Shown piece after piece: positions 1 to 9,614 of a stretch of 64,000 bases of DNA. Position numbers and translations under genes: made by a program. The DNA comes from Thermoproteota archaeon (GTDB lineage Archaea > Thermoproteota > EX4484-205 > JAAOZP01), in contig JAWBXT010000001.1 of assembly GCA_038867695.1 (NCBI GenBank), positions 169 through 64,168 of the forward strand. The letters are read 5' to 3'. The number at the start of each line of letters is the position of its first letter. Positions within the stretch are counted from its first letter, which is position 1. Under the pieces are notes generated by a model. It was given only the letters and a program-made list of their open reading frames with translations, made no database searches and was not told the DNA's origin.

Positions 1-2
1 GC

Positions 3-242
3 ATTAAGAAGGTTCTTAAACAAGATGGAAAAGCCATAATTATCGACCTCTGCGAGCATTCCTTCGAAGAGTTCAGGAGAGAAATGGGAGACATCCATCT
101 TGGGTTTAAACCCGAAGAAGTTTATAAAATGGCTAGGAAATCTTTTTCAAATGTTGAGGTTAATACTATGCCTGGCATCGGATGCAAATGCTCTGGTCGT
201 TCAGTAGAACTGTTTGTAGCCTATATGCAGAACAGCCCGTAG
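3..242 (+). CDS. SAM-dependent methyltransferase, C-terminal fragment (5' end outside window)
   Basis: Open frame runs from the window edge to TAG at 240-242. The tail (VLKQDGKAIIIDL...VELFVAYMQ) resembles class I methyltransferase C-termini. Confidence 0.4.
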   Translation: MKKVLKQDGKAIIIDLCEHSFEEFRREMGDIHLGFKPEEVYKMARKSFSNVEVNTMPGIGCKCSGRSVELFVAYMQNSP

Positions 243-407
243 CATTTAGTTGACTCCATTACCAAAACTAATCTTCGACTTACCTTTGACCAATATTTTG
301 CCTTAAGATATTTTCGAAGTTAGAGTTGGACTAGATTTTTTTAAAAAAAAAACGGAAGGCGCCTACGACTCCCTTCTTTCTAACTAATCATTGACAATGT
401 TATTGGA

Positions 408-836
408 TTAAGGCATCTTGTATTCAATTAGTTCAATCGTCATATTTACACGTAATTCACCCTCTTGGCCAGTGGCTTTAACCTTAATGCTTAACGGTAA
501 GTCTACCCTAATTTGAAAACATTTTTTAAGATCGATCCATGAAGCCCCTTCGCCCGAAATGCTTATGGTTACTTTTTTATTCATGATTGTTACTTCTCCT
601 GAAGCACTTATTTTATGGGTTAAGCGTAAGCAATCAAAGGTTCCCGCTTTAACAGATATGCTTTCCTTACTTGTAATGGATGAGTTGCATGTGCCTACTA
701 ACGTAATCGGCAGGTATGCTTCTTGGAATTTAAGATTCACCAGCATAGTCCATTCATGGCCAATGGGGACAGGGTCTTTAGGATAAGCTTGAATTGTTCT
801 CCAATAACCTTCTAACTCTTCTAAACTCTCCTGCAT
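408..836 (-). CDS. hypothetical protein
   Basis: 142-aa ORF with no recognisable motif, tandem with the next gene. Confidence 0.35.
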   Translation of the reverse strand: MQESLEELEGYWRTIQAYPKDPVPIGHEWTMLVNLKFQEAYLPITLVGTCNSSITSKESISVKAGTFDCLRLTHKISASGEVTIMNKKVTISISGEGASWIDLKKCFQIRVDLPLSIKVKATGQEGELRVNMTIELIEYKMP

Positions 837-842
837 ATACTC

Positions 843-1283
843 TTACAGTTCCTGTGGCTCAATATACTCTATTTCTACTCCGGTTATTGACCCCTTTCTA
901 TCCATCTTGTATTTCACAATCATAGTTGAAGTCAGTTTTTGATTCAAGACGGATACTTGTGTGATAGCTGAATTTCTAATTTTGAATTCGTTATCCGAAA
1001 CCTCCAGTATAGTCAGCGTTTCTTTAGATGAAGTTGAGATTGGAAAACCCGACAGGTCAGATTCCACTCTATACGTTATGTTATACACATAAGATTCGCC
1101 GGGTTTGAAATCATAAGAAAGATCATATTTCTCAGGAGATCGCATTATTAAATATGCAGTGAAGACAACTCCTAGAACTATAATGATAAAAACAACGATA
1201 ATTATTACTTTAAACGGTATTTTAGAAGGAGAAAGTGGTGGCACCTCAGCTTCTCTTATTAATTCCACTTTCTGTCTTAACAT
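843..1283 (-). CDS. hypothetical membrane-anchored protein (single N-terminal TM helix)
   Basis: 146-aa ORF with a hydrophobic stretch (KVIIIVVFIIIVLGVVFTAYLI) near the N-terminus. An AT-rich promoter-like region lies upstream at 1284-1458. Confidence 0.4.
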   Translation of the reverse strand: MLRQKVELIREAEVPPLSPSKIPFKVIIIVVFIIIVLGVVFTAYLIMRSPEKYDLSYDFKPGESYVYNITYRVESDLSGFPISTSSKETLTILEVSDNEFKIRNSAITQVSVLNQKLTSTMIVKYKMDRKGSITGVEIEYIEPQEL

Positions 1284-1458
1284 ATATCTTATTGTTAATG
1301 AAAAAACATATAAATAAACTTTTTAGCCGTCATTTTCCGTCAATTAATATTTTTAAGAAATTTGAAATTTTTAATAAAAATGACAGTTTTCTATCATATG
1401 TCTAAACATGTGAAGAATTATCTTCTAAAGTAAGCTGTTCTCACTTGTTTTTTCAAAA

Positions 1459-1544
1459 TGGACCGGGAGGGACTCGAACCCTCGACCCTCCGGGGGAACC
1501 ATTCCGGGTGCAAACCGGACATTCTACCACTGAACTACCGGCCC
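1459..1544 (-). tRNA. tRNA-Ala (anticodon TGC) with a 14-nt intron at the canonical 37/38 position
   Basis: The reverse complement folds as a cloverleaf: acceptor GGGCCGG/CCGGTCC with the G3:U70 Ala identity pair, T-arm GAGGG-TTCGAGT-CCCTC, anticodon stem TCCGG/CCGGA, loop TTTGCA. A 14-nt insert CCCGGAATGGTTCC sits between positions 37 and 38. No CCA is encoded. Confidence 0.8.
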
Positions 1545-1633
1545 AAAGGTTTTGTTCCACCAGAGGGTATATAAATGCTTCCCGAGAAACGGGAAGAAAG
1601 TTTAAAATGGGCTTTTAATTTTTGACTAGTCGT

Positions 1634-1707
1634 GGCCGCTGTAGCGTAACCAGGCAGCGCGGTGGCCTGTGGAGCCACTTGTCCGAGTTCAAATCTCGGC
1701 GGCGGCC
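1634..1707 (+). tRNA. tRNA-His (anticodon GTG) with genome-encoded G-1
   Basis: Acceptor GCCGCTG (1635-1641) pairs with CGGCGGC (1700-1706). An extra 5' G at 1634 pairs with discriminator C1707, the His-specific G-1:C73. Anticodon stem GTGGC/GCCAC, loop CTGTGGA, T-arm CCGAG-TTCAAAT-CTCGG. Confidence 0.75.
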
Positions 1708-1721
1708 CTTCCTCAAGCTTA

Positions 1722-1763
1722 ATCGTGATCTTGAGCATACGGTTTTCTCCTCAAGATCACGAT
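1722..1763. other. perfect 14-bp inverted-repeat hairpin (ATCGTGATCTTGAG / CTCAAGATCACGAT, 14-nt loop) directly 3' of tRNA-His
   Basis: Read directly from the sequence. Left arm 1722-1735, right arm 1750-1763. Confidence 0.5.
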
Positions 1764-1929
1764 AACAACTACTACGACTATTACCATTACTCTATTGCCG
1801 CGTAGATACAGATTGGCATAACCTGTGGGACTAAACGTATATGTTTGGGTGACTGTGTTATCACCCATTATTTTAAACCTGGTTTTTCAGCGAAAACGTT
1901 TTTAAGCTTCTTAGGAAATTAGGTAATAA

Positions 1930-2003
1930 GCCTCGGTAACTCAGCCTGGTAGAGTGGCAGCCTCGTAAGCTGCAGGTCGAGGGTTCAAATCCCTCCCGAG
2001 GCT
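1930..2003 (+). tRNA. tRNA-Thr (anticodon CGT)
   Basis: Acceptor GCCTCGG/CCGAGGC, D-arm GCTC-AGCCTGGTA-GAGT, anticodon stem GCAGC/GCTGC, loop CTCGTAA, T-arm GAGGG-TTCAAAT-CCCTC, discriminator T. Confidence 0.85.
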
Positions 2004-2086
2004 TGGGGTGAGTGATTTTCTAAGCCCCCTCAAGGGGCTACTGTCGAATTGCCCTGTGGTTGATAATCCGATAAGAATTTTAACTA

Positions 2087-2180
2087 AGCCCCAGGCGAGA
2101 TTTGAACTCGCGGCCTCCTCCTATCTGGTTTTTCCCACATATTACCAAGGAGGCGCTCTGACCAGCTGAGCTACTGGGGC
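2087..2180 (-). tRNA. tRNA-Thr (anticodon GGT) with an intron of about 20 nt after position 37
   Basis: Reverse complement: acceptor GCCCCAG/CTGGGGC, D-arm GCTC-AGCTGGTCA-GAGC, anticodon stem CCTCC/GGAGG, loop TTGGTA. A 20-nt insert (ATATGTGGGAAAAACCAGAT) follows. T-arm GCGAG-TTCAAAT-CTCGC. Confidence 0.8.
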
Positions 2181-2410
2181 TATGTGATTCCGTGTTTTTG
2201 CTGATTTTAAAGTTTTCCAATAGGCTCAAGCCGAACTTTATTCAGAAGGTAATTTGGTAATGTTTTTTCTTCTCCGTATGATTTATTTGATACTAATAAA
2301 AATACGTTTATTCTCCACGACCAAGATATAATGTTTTTGAACAAATTAGTAAAGAAGACTGTATTGAAACCCATATAAAAAGCTATATAAGTTAGCTGAT
2401 GCAATGAAGG

Positions 2411-2782
2411 ATGATGCAAAAAGTAATTGTGGAGGATATAAATGAAGAATCCTCGGAGGAGGAGTTAGTATCTGAGATTCTTGAAATAAGAAGCATGATA
2501 AGTTTAGTGAAAAAGAAAGCGGTTGAGGCGGAGACTGACAAAGACGTTGAAAAACTCGAGTCTCTCCTGCGAATTCTTAAGCTTGAAATGATTAAGAGAA
2601 CAATGCTGCTCGTCAATAAGTGTGGTTTAGGCATAGGGCTTCCGATGGCCCAAGTATTACACAATGGTGGGGGAAGTACTTGGGAACCATTTTACGACGA
2701 TTTTTCGAAGCTTGAAGAGAAGTTAAATAGAGCCTACCGTGCTGCAAGAGATATGTTGAATAATCTGAGCAGGCTGGTTTAA
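2411..2782 (+). CDS. hypothetical acidic coiled-coil protein
   Basis: 123-aa ORF immediately upstream of rpiA (4-nt gap). No PRC-barrel, so not an obvious CdvA. Confidence 0.35.
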   Translation: MMQKVIVEDINEESSEEELVSEILEIRSMISLVKKKAVEAETDKDVEKLESLLRILKLEMIKRTMLLVNKCGLGIGLPMAQVLHNGGGSTWEPFYDDFSKLEEKLNRAYRAARDMLNNLSRLV

Positions 2783-2785
2783 GGG

Positions 2786-3490
2786 ATGAGTAGTCTCCTT
2801 GCCGGCCTGAGGAAATCAGCTTCAAGAAGAGCATTACCTCATATTAAACCAGGAATGATCGTGGGTCTCGGTTCGGGGAGCACGATTGCAGAATCCTTTT
2901 TACCCATTATGATTGAGGAAGCGGGGACAGATGTCGTAAAGAATGTTTTATTCGTTCCTTCTTCCCGCCAAATAGAGTTTAGGGCTCTAGAGATGGGGTT
3001 GAAACTTCTCAGTCTTAATCAGATAGACCATGTTGATTTAACTATAGATAGTGCAGACGTCATAGAGAGAAAAACATTAATTGCAATAAAAGGTGGAGGC
3101 GGAGCTTTTCTAATAGAGAAAGTTCTGAGCTCTATCTCAGAGAAGCTTATTCTCATCGCCGATGAGAATAAGCTTGTCGAAAAAATTCAACCGGGTTTTC
3201 CTATTCCCGTTGAAGTTCCTCCCGACTTCGTTATACTCATTAAAAAACGTCTTGAAAAAGCTCTTGGCGTGAATGTTAAGATTAGAACTGGAAGCGGCAA
3301 GGTGGGTCCTGTCATAACTGACCTAGGAAATGCTATTATAGATGTGCCGCTACCAGAGAATTATAGTTTGGAGCAATTAGACAACTTTCTCAGGAGCATA
3401 CCGGGAGTATTAGAGAACGGTATTTTTAAAGGTCTGGTAAGTAAGGCCTATGTGGGTACGAGCGATGGAGTACTAGAGTTAGAAAGGTGA
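2786..3490 (+). CDS. rpiA: ribose-5-phosphate isomerase A
   Basis: GLGSGST phosphate-binding motif and the RpiA-like motif KGGGGA, at RpiA length (234 aa). Confidence 0.85.
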   Translation: MSSLLAGLRKSASRRALPHIKPGMIVGLGSGSTIAESFLPIMIEEAGTDVVKNVLFVPSSRQIEFRALEMGLKLLSLNQIDHVDLTIDSADVIERKTLIAIKGGGGAFLIEKVLSSISEKLILIADENKLVEKIQPGFPIPVEVPPDFVILIKKRLEKALGVNVKIRTGSGKVGPVITDLGNAIIDVPLPENYSLEQLDNFLRSIPGVLENGIFKGLVSKAYVGTSDGVLELER

Positions 3491-4218
3491 GGATGTTACC
3501 AATGGATCTTGAAAACATTGAAAGAATAAGATTTCTGCTGAGAGAATCTTTGACAGACATAGAGCTTGTATCTTACAACTTGGATAGGATCGTTAAAAAT
3601 CTTAGACAGAAAGATAGCGAGTATTTGCAAAAGGTGAGCTTCTTCCTCGAGAAGAAGGACCATGAGAGGGCTAGGGCATATGCACAGGAAATAGCTATGC
3701 TCAGGAAAGTTGCTAAAATAATCTATCAGTCGAGCCTCCTAGTGCTGACCATTAAGCTTAGACTTGAAACACTCATTGAATCCGAGGAGCTTTATGGAAT
3801 GGTACCGTCACTCATCAGGCTATTATCTGCGGTAAATGAAGTAGGACCTCTGCCAAACTTAGAGAAGGAGTTTGTAGGTGTTAAGGCTAAGCTTGAGGAG
3901 GCTGCTGCAATAATAACCAGCTCAACGGAAATCAGGCTAGATTCTATGAGCGATGAAGCTGAGAAAGTAATTAAAGATGCTGAGAAACTCGCCTTGATGA
4001 AGATTGAAAGCACTTTTCCCAAAGTGCCTCAAAATGTTATTCTAAAGGAGGAAGCGAAACAGAGGGTTTTTGAATACCTTAAAGCTAATTCTGATTCGTT
4101 TAATATTGAGAAGTGTGCAAAAGACCTTTCGATGAGTAGGGAGGATGTTGAAAAGATGTTGAACGAGCTAGTTAAAGAAAGAAGAGTAATAATAAAGCAT
4201 GGGGAAGAGACTATCTAA
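3487..4218 (+). CDS. cdvB: ESCRT-III (Snf7-family) protein CdvB with a C-terminal winged-helix domain
   Basis: Helical Snf7-like core (ARAYAQEIAMLRKVAKIIYQSSLLVLTIKLRLETL) that is paralogous to the 5548..6162 ORF. An FPKVPQN MIM2-like motif is followed by a wH-like tail (CAKDLSMSREDVEKMLNELVKERRVI). It sits next to the Vps4-like ATPase. The ORF begins at GTG 3487; ATG 3493 or 3502 is the more likely start. Confidence 0.65.
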   Translation: MRMLPMDLENIERIRFLLRESLTDIELVSYNLDRIVKNLRQKDSEYLQKVSFFLEKKDHERARAYAQEIAMLRKVAKIIYQSSLLVLTIKLRLETLIESEELYGMVPSLIRLLSAVNEVGPLPNLEKEFVGVKAKLEEAAAIITSSTEIRLDSMSDEAEKVIKDAEKLALMKIESTFPKVPQNVILKEEAKQRVFEYLKANSDSFNIEKCAKDLSMSREDVEKMLNELVKERRVIIKHGEETI

Positions 4219-5369
4219 ATAGAACCCTTTTCCTTCCTCCACTCCTCCATTTTAATCAAGCTTTCCTTACTTATGCTGCTACCCCTGTTTCTTATAGCTT
4301 TAACTAGATCCTCCATCGTTACGGGTCTTGGGTTCCCCTTCATTGGATCTCCTTGTTCGAAGAATTCTTCAATAGTCATTTTAAAAGCATCTTTACATAT
4401 ATTCTCAATATCGTGAGCAGAGTAGCCCTCTGTCAGGCGAGCAAGCTCATCGTAATATATGGGCGGCTTAAGGCTGAGCTTAGAGGTAAAATACATGAAA
4501 AGTCTTTTCCTAGCCCTTAGATCAGGAGGGGGCACATATATCCTTTCTTCAAACCTCCTTAGAAAAGCGTCTGGAAGCAACCAAGGATTGTTGGTTGCAG
4601 CTATAACGTACACGTGTTCAACTCTACCCTTGCTTAATAGGCCATCCATTTCCTGCTGGAGTTGTAGCCTAGCCCTAGCTTCACCCCCGGTTTCATAAAC
4701 ATGTGTCCCAACAATACTCTCAACCTCATCGATAAAAACTATCGCAGGTTCACTTGAACTACTGTTCTTCCTCGCATGCTCAAAGAGCTTTGCTATATTC
4801 TTCTCGGACTCGCCCAGCCATTTTGAGAGTATCGATGATGCTTTAACCAGATAAAAAGTTGCTCTAATACTATTAGCCAAGGCTGCTGCTAGAAGAGTCT
4901 TACCACAACCTGGCGGACCGTAAAAGAGTATTCCTGTAGACCATGGTAGCTTGTATACATCGGGTCTGATAGTTGGAAATATCACGTTCACATATAGCTT
5001 CTTCTTAGCCTCGTCCAAATCAACGATATCATCCCACTTTACAGAGGGTTTCTCGATTAGAACGACGTCTTGGAGCCACTTATCTTCTTCTTTCTTCTCA
5101 GTTTTATCAACATAAACGACTTCCTCCTTTTTCTTAGCCAAACTATCGAGCTTCTCAACCCTTTTCTGATATTCTCTAATCCTATCCAGATACACTCTCT
5201 TTATGCTGTCATTATCTGAAAGCGTATAAAGCTGCATAAGTATCTCGATAGTCTCTCTATAGAGCCTTATGGCGGACTTGTAGTCTCCCTGACTATCTAA
5301 GCTGACAGCTTCATGAGCTTTTCTTATCGCAGTTCTTTCAAGCTCAGTCCTCCAGCTTGAACTGGACAC
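4215..5369 (-). CDS. cdvC: Vps4-like AAA+ ATPase with N-terminal MIT domain
   Basis: N-terminal MIT-like helices (AIRKAHEAVSLDSQGDYKSAIRLYRETIEIL), Walker A GPPGCGKT, and AAA second region of homology. Convergent with cdvB, with a 4-nt stop overlap. Confidence 0.85.
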   Translation of the reverse strand: MSSSSWRTELERTAIRKAHEAVSLDSQGDYKSAIRLYRETIEILMQLYTLSDNDSIKRVYLDRIREYQKRVEKLDSLAKKKEEVVYVDKTEKKEEDKWLQDVVLIEKPSVKWDDIVDLDEAKKKLYVNVIFPTIRPDVYKLPWSTGILFYGPPGCGKTLLAAALANSIRATFYLVKASSILSKWLGESEKNIAKLFEHARKNSSSSEPAIVFIDEVESIVGTHVYETGGEARARLQLQQEMDGLLSKGRVEHVYVIAATNNPWLLPDAFLRRFEERIYVPPPDLRARKRLFMYFTSKLSLKPPIYYDELARLTEGYSAHDIENICKDAFKMTIEEFFEQGDPMKGNPRPVTMEDLVKAIRNRGSSISKESLIKMEEWRKEKGSI

Positions 5370-5547
5370 TTCTATTCTAATTTCATTATCACGTAAGTTT
5401 CCTAATTAAGTTTTCCATTTAGAAAGCTTTCTGAATATAATATCTATCCAAATGTGGCCTTTGTATCTAGCGGCTCGCTTATGTTTTCTTATCGTAAACC
5501 ATTTCAAAAAATATTTAAGCTACGTCAATAGTTTTAACTGACTAAAA

Positions 5548-6162
5548 ATGGTTCCATTACCATGGAAGAAGCCTCGACCTCCTCCTCAGCCAGCTGATAC
5601 TACGACTTTCCAAGACACTCTCAGAGAAGCTGTTATGATGCTTAAGGTTCAGGAGCAGAACCTCGACCGTATTTATAGCAGGATAAAGGCAAGAGACGAA
5701 CAGCTTTTCAAAGAGGTAGAAAAAGCACTTGTAGAACGGGATAATTCTCGAGCCTTAGTCTACGCTAATGAGGTTGCTCAAGTAAGGAAGATGGGTAAGA
5801 TTATCCTAAGCAACAAGCTTGCTCTTGAGAGAGTAATACTCCGGCTTGAGGATACACTGGACTTTAAAGATACACTGAAAGTCTTAGGTCCTGTTGTGAA
5901 CGTTGTTAATAGGGTTGGGAGCGAGATAAGAAACGTGGCGCCTCAGGTAGCCGAGAGCCTAAGACAGATAGAGGATATGATGAACCGCGTACTAATACAG
6001 GCTGGTGAAGTTTCCGGTTACGAACCGTATGTCTCAACAGACAGAGAGGCTGATCAAATTCTTAGAGAAGCATCTGTATTAGCGTCGCAGAAGATGAAAT
6101 CTAGTTTTCCAGATATACCGGAATCCATTAGACAACAGATGGAGGAGACTAGTTCTGGATAG
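5548..6162 (+). CDS. ESCRT-III (Snf7-family) paralog, CdvB-like without winged helix
   Basis: Its core (ALVYANEVAQVRKMGKIILSNKLALERVILRLEDTL) aligns with the 3487 ORF. It has a Pro-rich N-terminus and a C-terminal SSFPDIPES motif resembling MIM2. Confidence 0.6.
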   Translation: MVPLPWKKPRPPPQPADTTTFQDTLREAVMMLKVQEQNLDRIYSRIKARDEQLFKEVEKALVERDNSRALVYANEVAQVRKMGKIILSNKLALERVILRLEDTLDFKDTLKVLGPVVNVVNRVGSEIRNVAPQVAESLRQIEDMMNRVLIQAGEVSGYEPYVSTDREADQILREASVLASQKMKSSFPDIPESIRQQMEETSSG

Positions 6163-6170
6163 AAATACAG

Positions 6171-6989
6171 TCAAGAACTGTATCCCAGTCTAGTAGCAGC
6201 CTTCAGGCTTTTCGCGTAATTAGTTAACCCTTCTAAGAGGCTTGTTAAATTGCCATATTTCTCTTCCACAAGTTTTACAAAAGCACTCCCAACTATAGCA
6301 CCATCCGCACCACACGATATTACTGATTTCACGTGCTCAGGCTTAGATATGCCGAACCCTACAGCTAGGGGGATTGTATTTACGGTATATGGGTGTAATC
6401 TCCTTATTGTTTGGATAGTGAGCTGAGCAACCTGCTCTCTCATACCGGTTACACCGAAGATTGATACAAGGTATAGGAATCCTGATGTCATCTTCAGTAT
6501 TTTTCCCAGCCTGCTAGAAGATGTAGAAGGAGCTGCAAGGAAAATCGTGTTAATACCATTTTTCTCAGCATTATCCTTGTATTCTTCAGCTTCCTCAATA
6601 GGCAAGTCTGCTACAATTATTCCGTCGACACCGCTCCTATTTGCATCTTCCAAGAATTTTCCAATCCCCCTCTTGAAGATAATGTTATAGTATGTTAACA
6701 GGACTATGGGTATTTCAACAGCCTTTTTCACTTCTTTAACTATGTTTAAAACAGTATCTGGAGTCGTACCTGCATTGAGTGCTCGAACATCAGAAGCCTG
6801 TATCACAGGTCCGTCTGCTATTGGATCAGAGAATGGGATTCCAATCTCAACGATGTCTATCCCTCCCTTTACAAGAGCTTCAACTATTCTAGGAGTATAC
6901 TTTGGAGAGGGGTCTCCTCCAGTCACGTAGGCGATTAACGCGCCTTCATTGCGTTTCTTTAACTCTCGAAATGTTTCAGGAATACTCAT
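6171..6989 (-). CDS. trpA: tryptophan synthase alpha chain
   Basis: TrpA-like sequence (YVTGGDPS...[19 protein letters not shown]), last gene of the trp operon. Confidence 0.9.
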   Translation of the reverse strand: MSIPETFRELKKRNEGALIAYVTGGDPSPKYTPRIVEALVKGGIDIVEIGIPFSDPIADGPVIQASDVRALNAGTTPDTVLNIVKEVKKAVEIPIVLLTYYNIIFKRGIGKFLEDANRSGVDGIIVADLPIEEAEEYKDNAEKNGINTIFLAAPSTSSSRLGKILKMTSGFLYLVSIFGVTGMREQVAQLTIQTIRRLHPYTVNTIPLAVGFGISKPEHVKSVISCGADGAIVGSAFVKLVEEKYGNLTSLLEGLTNYAKSLKAATRLGYSS

Positions 6990-8188
6990 ATTTTAACACC
7001 CAATTCGTTTGCAACAACTTCTACATCCTTATCTCCTCTGCCGGATAAGTTTACTATAAGTATCTCGTCCATACTCATTTTCTCGGCAAGCTTCTTAGCG
7101 TAAGCTAAGGCGTGGCACGGTTCTAACGCTGGTATTATACCTTCAAGCTTAGATAATTCGAGGAAAGCCTCAAGAGCCTCGTCGTCTGTAACAGCATCGT
7201 ATTTAACCCTCCCTATACTCTTGAGAAAACTATGCTCCGGCCCTACTCCAGGATAGTCTAGACCTGCTGAAATGCTGTGTGTAGTCAATATCTGTCCATT
7301 ATCGTCTTGTAGAACATAAGATAGCATTCCATGGAAAACACCTTCAGAGCCGGCACAGAGGCTTGCCGCATGCCTCCCCGTATAAAGCCCCTCTCCAGCA
7401 GCTTCAACGCCATAGAGCTCCACGTCTTTGTCTTCGATGAACGGGTAGAATATCCCAATCGCATTACTTCCTCCTCCAACGCAGGCAACTATTGCATCTG
7501 GAAGTCTCCCTTCTTGGGTGAGTATCTGCTCCCTCGTCTCAATACCAATAATGCTCTGGAAGTCTCTGACGATCATAGGGTAAGGATGCGGCCCGACGAC
7601 GGAGCCTATTAGATAATAAGTAGTCTGAACATTAGTAACCCAATCTCTCAAGGCCTCGTTTATCGCATCCTTAAGCGTTTTCGAACCTGATTCAACAGAG
7701 TGTACTTCTGCACCCAGGAGCCTCATCCTGAAAACGTTTAGGCGTTGCCTCTTCATGTCTTCAGCACCCATGTATATCTCAGCCCTTAAGCCCAATGCCG
7801 CGCAGGCCATGGCTGTTGCTACACCGTGTTGGCCAGCGCCGGTTTCAGCAATGACTCTCGTCTTCCCCATGCTCTTAGCTAGAAGCGCTTGGCCTATTGT
7901 ATTGTTTATCTTATGGGCACCGCCGTGTGCCAAGTCTTCTCTCTTCAAATATATCTTTGGGCCGCCTAGTTTCTCAGTAAGGTTGGCTGCATAGTATAGA
8001 GGAGTGGGCCTGCCAGCGAATTTTTCAAGGTAATACTTCAGTTTCTTCTTAAACTCAGGGTCGTCTCGGAATCTTAAGTATGCTTCTTCAAGTTCTTCTA
8101 GCGCAGGCATGAGTGTTTCTGGGACGAATCTTCCTCCGTAACGTCCGTATTTCCCGTCCTTGGGATATTCGTAAACTATTCTATTCAC
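6986..8188 (-). CDS. trpB: tryptophan synthase beta chain
   Basis: PLP-enzyme motifs HGGAHKINN and GGGSNAIG. 4-nt overlap with trpA. Confidence 0.9.
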   Translation of the reverse strand: MNRIVYEYPKDGKYGRYGGRFVPETLMPALEELEEAYLRFRDDPEFKKKLKYYLEKFAGRPTPLYYAANLTEKLGGPKIYLKREDLAHGGAHKINNTIGQALLAKSMGKTRVIAETGAGQHGVATAMACAALGLRAEIYMGAEDMKRQRLNVFRMRLLGAEVHSVESGSKTLKDAINEALRDWVTNVQTTYYLIGSVVGPHPYPMIVRDFQSIIGIETREQILTQEGRLPDAIVACVGGGSNAIGIFYPFIEDKDVELYGVEAAGEGLYTGRHAASLCAGSEGVFHGMLSYVLQDDNGQILTTHSISAGLDYPGVGPEHSFLKSIGRVKYDAVTDDEALEAFLELSKLEGIIPALEPCHALAYAKKLAEKMSMDEILIVNLSGRGDKDVEVVANELGVKI

Positions 8189-8832
8189 GTCTCCGCCTCC
8201 TTTGCTCTCCTGATAAACGTTAACACTTTCTCCGGGTCTTTAACGCCCGGCCTTGCTTCAACGCCGGTTGAAACATCGACTGCATACGGTTTAACGATAT
8301 TCACGGCGGTTGCGACATTCTCAGGGGTCAGACCTCCAGCTAATACTAATGGCTTGGGCTGAAGCCTGTCTCGTATAATCCTGCTTAGCCTCCAGTCATG
8401 GGTTTTACCTGAGCCTCCTAATCCATTATCCGTCGAACTATCTAAAAGCACCATTTCGAATAATTTAGAATATTCTACCGCCAAGTCTAGAGCATTGGGG
8501 AGCCTAGCGTTTACTGCTCCTATGACTCTTTTCCCACGAGCCTCCTCAGCAAAACGGGTTAGTAAACTAGGTTCACCGTGTAACTGTATGTAGTCTGCAC
8601 CGAGTTGCATAACGCTATTCAAATCCTCCAGGTTCCTGGAGACTGTGACAACTACGCTCTTAATGCTGGTCGGAATGGCAGATATTAAGCGGGCAGCGGC
8701 ATCGTGCTTCAGGTTTCTTGGAGAAGAGGGAACGTTTACGACGAACCCTACGAAATCTGCTCCAGCATTTACGGCTAATTCAAGGTCTTCAACTCTGGTT
8801 ATTCCGCATATTTTTACTCTTACCATTTTCAA
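8185..8832 (-). CDS. trpF: phosphoribosylanthranilate isomerase
   Basis: N-terminus VKICGIT...AGADFVGFV is typical of PRAI. 4-nt overlaps with both neighbours. Confidence 0.8.
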   Translation of the reverse strand: MKMVRVKICGITRVEDLELAVNAGADFVGFVVNVPSSPRNLKHDAAARLISAIPTSIKSVVVTVSRNLEDLNSVMQLGADYIQLHGEPSLLTRFAEEARGKRVIGAVNARLPNALDLAVEYSKLFEMVLLDSSTDNGLGGSGKTHDWRLSRIIRDRLQPKPLVLAGGLTPENVATAVNIVKPYAVDVSTGVEARPGVKDPEKVLTFIRRAKEAET

Positions 8833-9614
8833 TCCACTTCAACAAAGCTCCTGATTTTTTCCCCAACATTTTCCGAAAGCATAATAGAGGTACCGATTAG
8901 AAATGCATCTACACCGTATTCTCTTAAGAGTCTTATTTGCTCAGGAGACTCTATTCCGCTTTCGCTTACAATTATTTTTCCACATTTACCGTATTTGCTG
9001 AGTATGGTCACGGTGGTATTGACGTCTACGTTCAGATTAGAAAGGTTCCTATTGTTTATCCCAATCATATCCGCTTCCGAATCTACAACTTTAAGAAACT
9101 CGTCTTCAGTATGAACCTCTAGTAGAACCTCCATGCCATAATAATGAGCAAGGCAAATCATCTCTTCTAAATCAAATTTAGAAAACCCTCTATCGAATAA
9201 TGTTTGAATAAGCAGTATTGCATCGGCTCCGATTCGCGAAGCTGTCTCGATTTGAGCATTACTTACAATAAAATCTTTCATTAAAAGAGGTAGGCTTACA
9301 ATCTTCCTAATTTCCTTAAAGACATCTAGGGACCCGTGGAAGTATTTAGGTTCTGTTAAGACAGAAATACCGACTGCTCCGGCCCTCTCTGCGGAAAGGG
9401 CTATCTGAACAGCCTCCTCTTTTTTTCTCAAAAAACCTTTTGACGGAGATGCTGATTTAAACTCGGCTATAACCGGATTCTTACTACAGGACAATATTGC
9501 TTTTCTTAAGCTAACTTTTTCATGTTCAACAGTATCCGCATTGTAATAACCGGATTCTATAGTTTCAATAACATTCTTCATAATTTTCTCCAGAAAGTCA
9601 ACCATTATTTTCAA
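8829..9614 (-). CDS. trpC: indole-3-glycerol-phosphate synthase
   Basis: IGPS-like sequence (IAEFKSASPSKG, TIM-barrel pattern) in operon context. Confidence 0.85.
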   Translation of the reverse strand: MKIMVDFLEKIMKNVIETIESGYYNADTVEHEKVSLRKAILSCSKNPVIAEFKSASPSKGFLRKKEEAVQIALSAERAGAVGISVLTEPKYFHGSLDVFKEIRKIVSLPLLMKDFIVSNAQIETASRIGADAILLIQTLFDRGFSKFDLEEMICLAHYYGMEVLLEVHTEDEFLKVVDSEADMIGINNRNLSNLNVDVNTTVTILSKYGKCGKIIVSESGIESPEQIRLLREYGVDAFLIGTSIMLSENVGEKIRSFVEVD

